A DNA stretch of 32,000 nucleotides from Candidatus Velamenicoccus archaeovorus (lineage in GTDB: Bacteria; Omnitrophota; Gorgyraeia; Velamenicoccales; Velamenicoccaceae): contig NZ_CP019384.1 in the NCBI RefSeq assembly GCF_004102945.1, forward strand, positions 240,001-272,000, given 5' to 3'. Below are positions 1-9,371 of this stretch, one piece after another (within the stretch, counting starts at the first letter, position 1; each line of letters opens with the position of its first letter). The notes beneath the pieces were generated by a model that did not search any database, was not told where the DNA came from, and saw nothing but the letters and a program-made list of their open reading frames with translations. The position numbers were made by a program, and so were the translations under genes.

Positions 1-1
1 G

Positions 2-967
2 GCCTATGACACCGAAGATGCGGTCGGCGATGTCCTGGACCGCGCCGAGAAGATGATCTTCGAGATCGCCGACAGGCGTGTGGGCCAGGCGGGTTTTATC
101 CTCATCAAAGAGATCATTAAAGACTCTATTGAGACAATCGATCGGCTCTATCAGAATAAAGCTCATGTGACGGGAGTTGCGACAGGCTACACGGATTTCG
201 ATATCAAGACTGCCGGCCTTCAGCCTTCGGACCTGATTATTGTCGCCGGTCGTCCTTCCATGGGGAAAAGCGCTTTTGTCATCAATATTCTCGAGCATGC
301 CAGTATCATCGAGAAGATCCCGACGGCCTTTTTCAGCCTGGAAATGTCCAAAGAACAGCTGGTGCAAAGGCTCTTGTGCTCGCATGCCCGCGTGGACGCC
401 CACAAGGTCAGGACGGGTTATCTCTCGGCGTCCGACTGGCCGAGCCTGACGACGGCGGCAGGCAAACTGTCCGAAGCGCCTATTTTTATCGATGATACGC
501 CCGGCATCTCCGTTCTGGAATTAAGGGCCAAAGCCAGGCGGTTGAAGGCCCATCACAATATCGGCCTGATCGCCCTGGATTATCTCCAGCTCATGCGCGG
601 CACGGCGGGGGTGGAGAGCCGGCAGCAGGAGATTTCCGAGATATCCCGTTCTCTTAAGGCGCTGGCCAGGGAATTGAACGTTCCTGTGATCGCCATCAGC
701 CAGTTGTCCCGCGCCGTGGAAAGCCGTACGGACCACCGGCCCCAGCTGTCGGACCTGAGGGAGTCTGGCGCCATCGAACAGGACGCCGATGTGGTGGTGC
801 TTTTGATTAGGGAGGAATATTATAATCCTTCGGAGCAGAATCGCGGCATCGCCGAGGCCATTATCGCCAAGCAACGCAACGGGCCTGTCGGGACCGTGAA
901 GCTTGCCTTTATCAAGGAGTATACGCGTTTTGAGAATCTGACCGGCGCCGAGGCGCAAAACGGCTGA
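2..967 (+). CDS. dnaB: Replicative DNA helicase DnaB, C-terminal RecA-like ATPase part (the gene starts upstream of the window)
   Basis: The reading frame is open from the window edge; the ORF track only starts at an internal Met at 53. Walker A GRPSMGKS, Walker B-like LIALDYLQLM, and DnaB-type motifs SRSLKALARELNVPVIAISQLSR and ESGAIEQDADVV. Confidence 0.93.
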   Translation, partial: AYDTEDAVGDVLDRAEKMIFEIADRRVGQAGFILIKEIIKDSIETIDRLYQNKAHVTGVATGYTDFDIKTAGLQPSDLIIVAGRPSMGKSAFVINILEHASIIEKIPTAFFSLEMSKEQLVQRLLCSHARVDAHKVRTGYLSASDWPSLTTAAGKLSEAPIFIDDTPGISVLELRAKARRLKAHHNIGLIALDYLQLMRGTAGVESRQQEISEISRSLKALARELNVPVIAISQLSRAVESRTDHRPQLSDLRESGAIEQDADVVVLLIREEYYNPSEQNRGIAEAIIAKQRNGPVGTVKLAFIKEYTRFENLTGAEAQNG

Positions 968-1001
968 TACCGGGATAACGCGTGGAATGATAACTCAGTG
1001 A

Positions 1002-1030
1002 TTGACTTTCGGTTAAGGCTTTCGTATAAT
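1002..1030 (+). promoter_or_regulatory. Near-consensus sigma70-type promoter upstream of bamA
   Basis: TTGACT (1002-1007), 17-nt spacer, TATAAT (1025-1030). It lies about 115 nt upstream of the bamA GTG start. Confidence 0.6.
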
Positions 1031-1148
1031 TTGATACATTCGCGGGAAATCACTCGCATCCATATCTGGGGGGCGGGATGCGTGAAAAGTCCGCTCAGCA
1101 TCGACCCTGAGCATCGAATGGGTTGAGAAAACCAATCATAGGGCTATA

Positions 1149-3467
1149 GTGAGACGCCTTCAAACCTACCTTATAAGTATCGTTTTTCTTTGTTGCGCTG
1201 TTTCTGTCTTCGCCCAGAAAGAGGAGGCTCAAGAGGCAGAAGCAACCCCGTCCAAGATCGTCAAATCCGTTGAAGTGACCGGCAACAAGGCCATCAGTAC
1301 CGCCACGATCATGGCCAAGCTCAAAACGCGGGTGGGACAGGTTTATTTTCCGCAAGCGGCCCGCGACGACATCAAGCGGCTCTATGAGACCGGATTTTTC
1401 TCGGATATCAGCCTGGATCTGGAAGATGTCGAGGGCGGCCTGAAGGTGACCTTCAAGGTGGAGGAGAGGCCGATCATCGAAGATATCGCCATCGAAGGCA
1501 ACAAGACGTTCCGCACGAGCACACTCCTGCGCAAGCTCAAATCCAAACAGGGGCAGTACATGAATCTGGCCGTTCTCAAGGACGACCTGACATTGATCAA
1601 GAAAGAATATGAAAAGAAGGGCCAGCCCGATGTGACGGTGGACCAGAGTGTGACCACCGACCCCAAGACGAACAAGGCCAAGATCACCATCAAAATCAAT
1701 GAAGGCCGGCGCATCAAGATCAGGAAGATCTATGTGGACGGGAATCTCCATTTTCCGGACGGCAAGATCCTGGGATTGATCAAGACCAAGCGCGCCGGCT
1801 GGTTCAATCCCGGTTATTTCAAGGAAGACCAGTTCAACGACGACCTGGAACGGATCAAGGATTTTTATCAGAAGAACGGCTATCTGGATGCCGCCGTTGA
1901 TTACCGCCTTGATTACGACGCCAAGGGGGATATTTATTTGCGTATCCACGTCGAAGAAGGGAAATCCTACAGCGTCGGCAGCATCACGTTCAGGGGCAAT
2001 GTCAAGGCCACCGACAAGGAGCTTTCCGACAGCATCAAGGCCTGCCCGGTGGGAGGAGTTTTCACTTATGATTCCCTGAAGATGGATGTGACCAATCTCC
2101 AGGGGTTCTATTTCGGCAAAGGGTATATTTACGCCCAGATCAATGAATCCGCGGCCCTGGATTCCGCAACAGGGAAGGTCGATATCACGTATACGATCAC
2201 GGAAAACGATATCGTTTATGTCGACAGGATCCTGATCCGCGGGAATATCAAGACCAAGGACAAAGTTATCCGTCGCGAACTGAGGATCAAGCCCGGCGAA
2301 CGCTTCGACGGCGACAAGCTTAAACGCACCAAGGAACGTCTTTACAATCTCGGTTTCTTCGATGAGGTCAACTACGATACGGAGCAGGGCAGCGCGCCCG
2401 ACAACCGCAATCTCGTCGTGGACGTCAAAGAGGCCAAGACCGGTTCCTTCAGTTTCGGCGGCGGCTACAGCTCGATCGACCAGTTCGTGGGGTTTGTCGA
2501 GATCGAGCAGAAAAATTTCGACTGGCAGAACTGGAAGACGTTTACCGGCGCCGGCCAGGACTTGAAGCTGCGCGGAGAATTGGGATCCGTGAGGGAAAAT
2601 TTCGAATTGAGTTTCACGGAACCGTGGATGTTCGACCATCCGATTTCTTTCGGCTTCGATCTCTACAGCCGCGTCCATGACAAGGATTCCGACGTCGGTT
2701 ACGGCTATCGTGAAAAGCGTATAGGCGGAGATCTCCGTCTGGGTAAGGAATTCAGCGAATATGTCAAGGGAGGCATCATTTATCGTTTGGAGCAGGTAGA
2801 TATTTCGAGCGTCGATTCTACGGCCCTGGACGATCTTAAAGCCGAACAGGGCAAGAATCTCATCAGCAGCATGGAGTTTACCCTGACACGTGACACGACG
2901 GATAATGTCTTTAACCCCTCCCGCGGCCTGGTGTTGAGCGGTTCCTATGAGATCGCCGGCGGCCCCATGGGCGGCGACAAGAGATTCAACAAAATTTTCG
3001 GTCTGGCCTCGCAATATTTTCCGTCTTTCGGCAAGAATGTCCTGCAGCTTCAGGCCCGCGCCGGTATCGTGACGCCTTACGGCGACCAGAAGAAAGTGCC
3101 GATTTACGAGCGGTTCTATGCCGGCGGCGCCAATACGATTCGCGGCTATGAAGAGCGCAGCGTCGGGCCGGCAGATCCCGTGACTTCCGATCCTCTGGGC
3201 GGCGAAGCCCTGATGATTTTCAACATCGAATACACGTTCCCGATCGTGGAGTTCATCAAAGGCGCTTTGTTCATCGATACGGGCGGCGTCTGGGGAAAGG
3301 TGTCCGATTTCGACCTCGGAGGTTTTAAGACGGGCATCGGTTTCGGCGTGCGCATCAAGACGCCGATCGGGCCGTTGAAGCTCGATTACGGCATTCCGCT
3401 CAACAAGCAGCCGGGCAAGGAAAGCAAGGAAGGCCGTTTCCATTTCAGCATGAGTCACGGTTTTTAA
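1149..3467 (+). CDS. bamA: Outer membrane protein assembly factor BamA (Omp85 family)
   Basis: 772 aa with a GTG start (no other in-frame start after the upstream stop at 1083). Signal peptide ends ...CCAVSVFAQ. Repeated POTRA-like modules (IVKSVEVTGNKAIS, IEDIAIEGNKTF, IRKIYVDGNLHF, VGSITFRGNVKAT, VDRILIRGNIKTKD). C-terminal barrel ends in HFSMSHGF. Confidence 0.93.
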   Translation: MRRLQTYLISIVFLCCAVSVFAQKEEAQEAEATPSKIVKSVEVTGNKAISTATIMAKLKTRVGQVYFPQAARDDIKRLYETGFFSDISLDLEDVEGGLKVTFKVEERPIIEDIAIEGNKTFRTSTLLRKLKSKQGQYMNLAVLKDDLTLIKKEYEKKGQPDVTVDQSVTTDPKTNKAKITIKINEGRRIKIRKIYVDGNLHFPDGKILGLIKTKRAGWFNPGYFKEDQFNDDLERIKDFYQKNGYLDAAVDYRLDYDAKGDIYLRIHVEEGKSYSVGSITFRGNVKATDKELSDSIKACPVGGVFTYDSLKMDVTNLQGFYFGKGYIYAQINESAALDSATGKVDITYTITENDIVYVDRILIRGNIKTKDKVIRRELRIKPGERFDGDKLKRTKERLYNLGFFDEVNYDTEQGSAPDNRNLVVDVKEAKTGSFSFGGGYSSIDQFVGFVEIEQKNFDWQNWKTFTGAGQDLKLRGELGSVRENFELSFTEPWMFDHPISFGFDLYSRVHDKDSDVGYGYREKRIGGDLRLGKEFSEYVKGGIIYRLEQVDISSVDSTALDDLKAEQGKNLISSMEFTLTRDTTDNVFNPSRGLVLSGSYEIAGGPMGGDKRFNKIFGLASQYFPSFGKNVLQLQARAGIVTPYGDQKKVPIYERFYAGGANTIRGYEERSVGPADPVTSDPLGGEALMIFNIEYTFPIVEFIKGALFIDTGGVWGKVSDFDLGGFKTGIGFGVRIKTPIGPLKLDYGIPLNKQPGKESKEGRFHFSMSHGF

Positions 3468-3618
3468 AGACGCGAATTTACGCTCATGGAGCGTTCATCG
3501 GGCAGGAAACAGGGAAGATTTGCGCGGATGGTTTGACGGACATCCGTGGTTATCCTTGTCAAAAACAAAAACGTCTGCTTTCGCGGTTGAGCCCGGAGGG
3601 CAGGCAGGGAGGAAAGAA

Positions 3619-4158
3619 ATGAAGAGGAAGACGATGGTCAGGGGATTAGCGTTCGTATGCATGTTTTTGATGACCGCCGGCGCGGCTTTCGCGGCCGGGA
3701 AGATCGCCTATGTCGATCTTTCTTCGACGTTCGATAAATATGAGAAGACGAAAGTCTTTGACGACGAGCTCGGTCGGATCCAAAAGGAAAAAGAGAAAGA
3801 CCTGACGCAATTGGCCGATGACATCAAGGCCATCGAAGACAAAATGCCTTTGCTGAGCGAGAAAGAAAAAGCCTCCAAGCAGAAAGAGCTGGATGAAAAG
3901 AACGCCAAGCTGAAACAGGAAAGCCAGCAGGTGGCCCTGGATCTGAGAAAAGAGCGCGACGACAGACTCAAAGAGATCCTCCAGGACATCGAGAAGGTCA
4001 TCCAGTCGTACGCGCAAAAGAACCAGTACGACTTTATCTTGAACGATCGCGTGCTTTTGTACGGGACGGCCAGCGCGGATGTGACACAGGATATCATCGA
4101 CCTGCTGAACAATCAGTATAAACAGGATTCCAAAAAGCAGTCGTCAAAGAAAAGATAA
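3619..4158 (+). CDS. skp: OmpH/Skp family periplasmic chaperone
   Basis: ATG at 3619 is preceded by GGGAGG. Signal peptide MVRGLAFVCMFLMTAGAAFAAG, followed by a K/E-rich coiled-coil body. Position between bamA and lpxD is the classical arrangement. The ORF-track start at 3520 is rejected because it has no SD and precedes the signal peptide. Confidence 0.85.
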   Translation: MKRKTMVRGLAFVCMFLMTAGAAFAAGKIAYVDLSSTFDKYEKTKVFDDELGRIQKEKEKDLTQLADDIKAIEDKMPLLSEKEKASKQKELDEKNAKLKQESQQVALDLRKERDDRLKEILQDIEKVIQSYAQKNQYDFILNDRVLLYGTASADVTQDIIDLLNNQYKQDSKKQSSKKR

Positions 4159-4188
4159 ATCTTCGATGTTTTGCGGATAGAAGGTCGC

Positions 4189-5229
4189 ATGGGCAGAACG
4201 CTAAAGGAAATTGCCGCACTTGTCGGCGGAGAGCTATCCGGTGACCCTGAGACGATGGTTACGGGAGTGGCGGGTCTTAAGGAGGCAGGGGAAGGGGACA
4301 TCAGCTTCCTGGCTAACCGCCGTTATGCGCCCCTTCTGGAAACGACGCGTGCTTGCGCCGTAATCGTGCCGCTAACCGTGGAAGCCGGCAAAAAGCCTGC
4401 GATCCGCGTTTCTGATCCGTCCCTGGCTTTTGCCAAGGTTGCCGGAATATTCCATCCCGTCGTCATCCGCCACCCGAAAGGCATCCACAAGACCGCCGTG
4501 GTCGCCAGAACCGCCAAGATCGGCAAGGATGTCGGTTTGGGTCCGTACGTCGTTGTCGAAGAAGGCGCGGTCATCGGGGACCGCACCGTCATCCAGGCCG
4601 GCTCATTTATCGGTCACGACACACATATCGGCGCTGACTGCATTTTTTATGCCAACGTCTCGGTGCGCGAGCGCGTGACGATCGGCAACAAGGTCTTTAT
4701 CCAGAGCGGCAGCGTCATCGGCTCCGAAGGTTTCGGTTATACCAGGGTCGACGGTGTCTACAAGCTGATTCCCCAGACGGGGACGGTCGTGATAGAGGAT
4801 GAGGTGGAGATCGGGGCGAACGTTGCGATCGACAGGGCAAGGTTCGATAAGACCCTCATCGGCCGCGGGACCAAGATCGACAATCTCGTCCAGATCGCCC
4901 ATAACGTTGTGATCGGGGAAAACAGCGTGATCGTAGCGCAGGTCGGTATTTCCGGAAGCACGCATATCGGTAACAACGTGACGATCGCCGGACAAGTCGG
5001 CCTGGTCGGGCATATCGAGGTCGGCGACGGGGCGATCCTGGCGGCACAGTCCGGGATCATGCGCGATGTGCCTCCCAACACCATGGTTTTCGGTTATCCG
5101 GCGCAGCCCCATCATCAGGCCATGAAGATGTATGCGGCTTTCGAACGCCTGCCGGATATGGTGAAGGCTGTCAACGAACTTAAGAGGAAGGTTGAAGAGC
5201 TCGAAGAGCGCCTAAAACAGCGAGGATAA
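4189..5229 (+). CDS. lpxD: UDP-3-O-acylglucosamine N-acyltransferase LpxD
   Basis: N-terminal LKEIAALVGGEL...GDISFLAN motif, then long left-handed beta-helix hexapeptide repeats (IG.NV.I..). Sits in the skp-lpxD-fabZ-lpxA context. ATG 4189 follows GAAGG; the TTG at 4171 is less likely. Confidence 0.9.
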   Translation: MGRTLKEIAALVGGELSGDPETMVTGVAGLKEAGEGDISFLANRRYAPLLETTRACAVIVPLTVEAGKKPAIRVSDPSLAFAKVAGIFHPVVIRHPKGIHKTAVVARTAKIGKDVGLGPYVVVEEGAVIGDRTVIQAGSFIGHDTHIGADCIFYANVSVRERVTIGNKVFIQSGSVIGSEGFGYTRVDGVYKLIPQTGTVVIEDEVEIGANVAIDRARFDKTLIGRGTKIDNLVQIAHNVVIGENSVIVAQVGISGSTHIGNNVTIAGQVGLVGHIEVGDGAILAAQSGIMRDVPPNTMVFGYPAQPHHQAMKMYAAFERLPDMVKAVNELKRKVEELEERLKQRG

Positions 5230-5232
5230 GCG

Positions 5233-6543
5233 TTGCAGAAGACGATCAAAGAAGAAATTTTATTGCGCGGCAAGGGTATCCATACGGGCGAGGATGTGGA
5301 GTTGAGGATGCGTCCTCTCGGCCCCGATATGGGCGTTATTTTCCAGAGGGTGGATTTGCCTGAGAAACCCATGGCCCGCGCCGACATCCAGGCGGCCCTG
5401 GCGGCCAAAAAGCAGTCGAGACGCACGGCCATCGGCTGCGCCGGCGCCGAGATCCAGACGATCGAGCATTTGATGGCAGTTTTTTCATGTCTCGGGATCG
5501 ACAATGTCCTTGTCGAAATCAATGGTCCCGAGGTTCCGGGCATGGACGGCAGCGCCTTGAAGTTCGTCGAGGCCGTCAAGAAGGCGGGCGTGACGGAACA
5601 GGGAGCGCCCCGCAGGACATTCAAGGTCACGGCACCCTTGTTCGTGGAAGGTGAGACTTCGGCCATCGCGGTGTTCCCGTCGTCCGATTTCAGGATTTCC
5701 TATACCTTGAGTTACAGCCATCCTGTCCTGGGAGACAGGTTCCTGGACCTTAAAATCGATGCCGGCGTCTTTGAGAAAGAAATAGCCCCTGCCAGGACGT
5801 TCTGCCTTCAAGAGGAGGCCCAGGAGCTGATGAAGAGCGGCATGGGCAAGGGGGCCAATTACGAGAATACGCTTGTCGTTTCCAAAAACGGGGTCATCAA
5901 GAACACCCTGCGTTTCGGGGACGAATTTATCCGTCATAAGATGCTTGATCTGATCGGCGACCTGGCCCTTTTGGGCATGCCGATGAAAGGGCATGTGATT
6001 GCCATCAAGAGCGGCCATACGATGAACCTGCGGCTGGCGCAAAAGATGAAAGACCAGCTGGACAAACAGTATGTCGCAGCCATCAAGGCGGCGGAGTGCG
6101 CGCCGCGGGAAGCCCAGGTGGACATCGGGACCATCATGAAGATTCTGCCGCACCGTTATCCCTTTCTTTTGGTGGACCGCGTCATTTCGATGGAGGAAGG
6201 CCGGCGGGCCGTCGGCATCAAGAACGTCACCGTCAACGATTATTTCTTTGAAGGGCACTTTCCCGGTCGTCCGGTCATGCCCGGCGTCTTGATCGTCGAG
6301 GCGATGGCCCAGGTCGGCGGCGTCCTGATGCTGAGTCCCGCGGAGAACCGTGGGAAGCTCGCATTCTTCATGGCAGCCAATAACGTCAAGTTTCGCAAAC
6401 CTGTCATCCCCGGCGACCAGCTCAGGATCGAGGTCGTCGTCGGCAAGCTCCGTTCCAGGACCGGCCAGGTGGCGACGCAGGCTTTTGTCGACGGAGAAAT
6501 GGTGGCGGAAGCGGAACTTATGTTCGCCCTCGTGGAGAAATAA
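5233..6543 (+). CDS. lpxC/fabZ: Bifunctional LpxC (UDP-3-O-acyl-GlcNAc deacetylase) / FabZ (3-hydroxyacyl-ACP dehydratase) fusion
   Basis: 436 aa with a TTG start after GAGGA. The N-terminal about 290 aa are LpxC-like ([35 protein letters not shown]). The C-terminal about 140 aa are FabZ hot-dog ([37 protein letters not shown]). Confidence 0.9.
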   Translation: MQKTIKEEILLRGKGIHTGEDVELRMRPLGPDMGVIFQRVDLPEKPMARADIQAALAAKKQSRRTAIGCAGAEIQTIEHLMAVFSCLGIDNVLVEINGPEVPGMDGSALKFVEAVKKAGVTEQGAPRRTFKVTAPLFVEGETSAIAVFPSSDFRISYTLSYSHPVLGDRFLDLKIDAGVFEKEIAPARTFCLQEEAQELMKSGMGKGANYENTLVVSKNGVIKNTLRFGDEFIRHKMLDLIGDLALLGMPMKGHVIAIKSGHTMNLRLAQKMKDQLDKQYVAAIKAAECAPREAQVDIGTIMKILPHRYPFLLVDRVISMEEGRRAVGIKNVTVNDYFFEGHFPGRPVMPGVLIVEAMAQVGGVLMLSPAENRGKLAFFMAANNVKFRKPVIPGDQLRIEVVVGKLRSRTGQVATQAFVDGEMVAEAELMFALVEK

Positions 6544-6546
6544 CCT

Positions 6547-7320
6547 ATGGCGCATATCCATCCGACAGCCATTGTCTCCGAAGGCGCAGCGCTCGATAAA
6601 GATGTCGAGATCGGCCCTTACAGTGTGATCGGCGGCAAGGTCAAGATCGGCGCCGGCACCCGCGTCGGCAGTTTCTGTGTGGTCGAGAATGATGCCACGA
6701 TCGGCCGGGAGTGCAAGATCTTCACCGGGGCCTGCATCGGCACCGTCCCCCAGGACCTTAAATATTCCGGGGCGCCCAGCCGTGTTTTGATCGGCGATAA
6801 CAATGTCATCCGTGAATATGTGACCGTCAATCTCGCCACGACCGAAGGGGCGGCGACCGTTATCGGCAGCCATAACCTGATCATGGCTTACAGCCATGTC
6901 GCCCACGATTGCCTCATCGGCGACCATTGCATCATTGCCAACGGCGGCACCCTCGCAGGCCACGTTACGATCGAAGACAGGGTTGTCGTGGGAGGGCTCG
7001 TGGCGGTCCATCAGTTTGTCCGTATCGGCACGCTCGCCATCATCGGTGGATGCTCCAAGGTCGTCACGGACATCCCCCCGTATTCGACTTGCGACGGCCA
7101 TCCCGCCAGGTTCTACGGTTTGAACCTTGTAGGACTCAAGCGCGCCGGCGTCCCGGCAGAGTCGATCCACGAGTTGAAGGCCGCATACAGGATCTTTTTC
7201 CAATCGGGCCTGAACAAAAAACATGCCCTCGAAGAGATGAAAAAGTCCCTTCAGATGTCCAAAGAGATAGACCACCTGATTTCTTTTATTGCGTCTTCGA
7301 GCCGGGGCCTATGTCACTGA
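6547..7320 (+). CDS. lpxA: Acyl-ACP--UDP-GlcNAc O-acyltransferase LpxA
   Basis: Starts [29 protein letters not shown], followed by hexapeptide repeats and a C-terminal helical domain ([11 protein letters not shown]). GGAGA SD upstream. Confidence 0.92.
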   Translation: MAHIHPTAIVSEGAALDKDVEIGPYSVIGGKVKIGAGTRVGSFCVVENDATIGRECKIFTGACIGTVPQDLKYSGAPSRVLIGDNNVIREYVTVNLATTEGAATVIGSHNLIMAYSHVAHDCLIGDHCIIANGGTLAGHVTIEDRVVVGGLVAVHQFVRIGTLAIIGGCSKVVTDIPPYSTCDGHPARFYGLNLVGLKRAGVPAESIHELKAAYRIFFQSGLNKKHALEEMKKSLQMSKEIDHLISFIASSSRGLCH

Positions 7321-8135
7321 GAAAATTGAACGGCACAAAAAAGATCGGCCTCATCGCCGGCAACGGTAAATTTCCTCTTTTGTTCGCCCGGGAGGCCTCC
7401 CTGCACGGGCTTGATGTCGTGGCGATCGCCATCAAGAAAGATACGTCTCTATTGATCGGGCCTTTGGTCAAGAAGGTCTACTGGCTGACCCTCAAGGATT
7501 ATGCCAGGATGTTCGAGATCTTTGAAAAAGAAGAGATCAAGAAAGTGATCATGGCAGGCCAGGTGAATCCCCGGAATCTTTTTTACAAGGACATGGGGGA
7601 CGAGATGCTCCAGCGCCTCCTGAGCGCGATCAAAGACAAGAGGCCGGACACTGTCTTTAGCGCTGTGGCCGATATGCTGGCCCAGCACGATATCGAGCTG
7701 GTGGATTCCACGCTTCTTCTGGAGAGATTCCTGCCGGAGAAAGGGACGTTGACGAAGACGAAACCCGATGAGAAGACATGGGCGGACATTCGCCTCGGCT
7801 TTGACATGGCCAAGCGCGTGGCGGGGCTCGATATCGGCCAGACCCTGGTCGTCAAGAATGGGTCGATCGTCGCGGTCGAGGCTATTGAAGGGACGGATGC
7901 CGCGATCCGCCGCGGTGGGCAGGTGGCCAATGGCGGCGTGGTCGTCATCAAGGTGAGCAAGCCGAACCAGGACATGCGTTTTGATATTCCCGTTATCGGG
8001 CCGCGGACGATCAGGAATCTGCGCCGAGTCAAGGCGCGCTGCCTGGCCATCGAGGCCCACAAGACCCTGGTGATCGACAGGGAAGTCTGCATCAGGTTGG
8101 CCGACCGCTGGCGTATCGCCGTCGTCGCTATCTAG
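7311..8135 (+). CDS. lpxI: UDP-2,3-diacylglucosamine pyrophosphatase LpxI (DUF1009 family)
   Basis: N-terminal IGLIAGNGKFP, and C-terminal GQTLVVKNGSIVAVEAIEGTDAAIRRGG and DMRFDIPVIGPRT. ATG 7311 overlaps the lpxA stop by 10 nt. The 6909 start of the ORF track would run through lpxA in another frame. Confidence 0.85.
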   Translation: MSLRKLNGTKKIGLIAGNGKFPLLFAREASLHGLDVVAIAIKKDTSLLIGPLVKKVYWLTLKDYARMFEIFEKEEIKKVIMAGQVNPRNLFYKDMGDEMLQRLLSAIKDKRPDTVFSAVADMLAQHDIELVDSTLLLERFLPEKGTLTKTKPDEKTWADIRLGFDMAKRVAGLDIGQTLVVKNGSIVAVEAIEGTDAAIRRGGQVANGGVVVIKVSKPNQDMRFDIPVIGPRTIRNLRRVKARCLAIEAHKTLVIDREVCIRLADRWRIAVVAI

Positions 8136-8187
8136 GGAAGCCAGGGACGCGGAGACGGCCGGCGAAAATGGTCAGTGTTTTTCATGC

Positions 8188-8216
8188 TTGACAAACCTTC
8201 GCAGAGTGCTTAGAAT
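8188..8216 (+). promoter_or_regulatory. Near-consensus sigma70-type promoter for the CBM48-like gene
   Basis: TTGACA (8188-8193), 17-nt spacer, TAGAAT (8211-8216). AAAGGAGG SD lies just before ATG 8245. Confidence 0.6.
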
Positions 8217-8244
8217 ATTTTTGTTCTGATAAAAGGAGGCGTCT

Positions 8245-8526
8245 ATGGCAGTTAAGAAAAGTCTGGCAAGCAAGAAGATCGAATTCAAGCTTTCGGCACC
8301 AAAGGCGAACTGGGTCGGCGTGGCTGGCGATTTCAACAGTTGGAAACCGGACAGCCTGACCGCCAAAAAAGACAAGAACGGCATCTGGAGAGCGTCTGCA
8401 TCCGTCCCGACCGGAACATACGAATATAAATTTGTGGTGGATGGTTCCTGGATTGTTGACCCGGGTTGCTCGCGCCGCACCATCAATTCTTTCGGAAGCG
8501 AGAACAGCGTTTTGGTGGTTAAATAA
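8245..8526 (+). CDS. Small stand-alone glycogen-binding / CBM48 (E-set, AMPK-beta-like) domain protein
   Basis: 93 aa. The pattern VGVAGDFNSWKP...KDKNGIWRASASVPTGTYEYKFVVDGSWIVDP is the typical CBM48 / isoamylase-N / AMPK1_CBM signature. No signal peptide and no catalytic domain. Confidence 0.75.
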   Translation: MAVKKSLASKKIEFKLSAPKANWVGVAGDFNSWKPDSLTAKKDKNGIWRASASVPTGTYEYKFVVDGSWIVDPGCSRRTINSFGSENSVLVVK

Positions 8527-8555
8527 CCGGTACGCGCTGAAGAGATCTTTTTTGA

Positions 8556-8587
8556 CAAAGGATAGCCCTGAAAAGGGCTATCCTTTG
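8556..8587 (+). terminator. Strong hairpin (13-bp perfect stem) between the CBM48-like gene and the radical SAM gene
   Basis: CAAAGGATAGCCC - TGAAAA - GGGCTATCCTTTG, followed by TTCATT. The U-tract is poor, so terminator function is uncertain. Confidence 0.45.
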
Positions 8588-8608
8588 TTCATTAAGGGAG
8601 GCGTAGAA

Positions 8609-9328
8609 GTGAAATATGTCTATGGTCCCGTGAAATCACGCAGGCTTGGGTTTTCCTTGGGGGTGAGCACAGTCCCGTACAAGGTGTGCAGTTTTGACTG
8701 CGTCTATTGCCAGCTGAAGGAGACGACGCACAAGACGTTAGAGAGGAAGGCTTATGTCAAGGCTTCCGATATCCTCGAGGAGTTGAAAACTTTTTTTGCC
8801 CAGCAGCCAAAAGATATAAAGCTGGATTATGTGACGTTTTCAGGGGCGGGGGAGCCGACCCTGCATTCGGGCCTCGGCCGCCTGATCCGCGCCGTCCATA
8901 GGATGACGGATGTACCGGTGGTCGTGATCACGAATTCATCGACGTTGGTCCGTTCCTGTGCGCGACGCGACCTTTTGGCCGCCGACGTCGTCATCCCTTC
9001 GCTGGACGCTGTGACGCAGGGCGTCTTCGATAAGATCGACAGGCCGGCGGGGGGCTTAAAGGTTGAAGACGTGATCGACGGTCTCAAGCGTTTCCGCAAG
9101 ATGTTCGGCGGCGGGTTGTGGCTTGAGATCATGCTGGTCCGGGGCATCAACGACAGCCCCGCCTACCTGAGGCTCATGGAAAAAACCGTCCGGCAGATCA
9201 ATCCCGGCCGCGTCCAGATCATCGCGCCTGTCAGGCCGCCGGCCCAGGGCTGGGTTAAGGTCCCGACGAAGACCACGCTGAAAACAGCAAAGAAAATATT
9301 CGGCAGGAATTGCGATATCATTTGTTAA
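8609..9328 (+). CDS. Radical SAM protein (small, COG0731-like Fe-S oxidoreductase)
   Basis: GTG 8609 follows AAGGGAGG. N-terminus is VKYVYGPVKSRRLGFSLGV, then the CxxxCxxC cluster motif CSFDCVYC and GAGEPTL. The ORF-track start at 8432 would read through the upstream hairpin and overlap the previous gene. Confidence 0.85.
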   Translation: MKYVYGPVKSRRLGFSLGVSTVPYKVCSFDCVYCQLKETTHKTLERKAYVKASDILEELKTFFAQQPKDIKLDYVTFSGAGEPTLHSGLGRLIRAVHRMTDVPVVVITNSSTLVRSCARRDLLAADVVIPSLDAVTQGVFDKIDRPAGGLKVEDVIDGLKRFRKMFGGGLWLEIMLVRGINDSPAYLRLMEKTVRQINPGRVQIIAPVRPPAQGWVKVPTKTTLKTAKKIFGRNCDIIC

Positions 9329-9371
9329 AAGAGCCGTGGGAAACGGGTAATTTTAGCTCTTCATTTTTTTT
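9328..9371 (+). terminator. Putative intrinsic terminator after the radical SAM gene
   Basis: AAGAGC...GCTCTT outer stem with an inner CCGT/ACGG pairing, then a run of nine T (9363-9371). Confidence 0.45.

Noticed and set aside
1095-3458. A 787-aa ORF on the minus strand covering all of bamA.
   Set aside because: It is codon-aligned with bamA: its codons are the reverse complements of the bamA codons. It is stop-free simply because the sense gene does not use TTA, CTA or TCA. The product is a low-complexity A/D/G/L/R-rich sequence with no motifs, whereas the plus-strand product is an unmistakable Omp85 protein.
5485-7275. A 596-aa minus-strand ORF across lpxC/fabZ and lpxA.
   Set aside because: This is the same artefact. 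lpxC/fabZ and lpxA share one reading phase (starts 5233 and 6547 are both 1 mod 3), and the antisense ORF is aligned to it. It has no recognisable domains.
6909-7310. A long N-terminal extension of the lpxI ORF (the track start at 6909 gives 408 aa).
   Set aside because: The extension overlaps lpxA in another frame and is an R/P-rich sequence. LpxI homology starts at [19 protein letters not shown] (ATG 7311). Similar upstream extensions were trimmed for skp (3520), the radical SAM gene (8432), the response regulator (14064), the second ATPase (18348), DUF362 (28053), lpxB (31022) and the oxidoreductase (31977).
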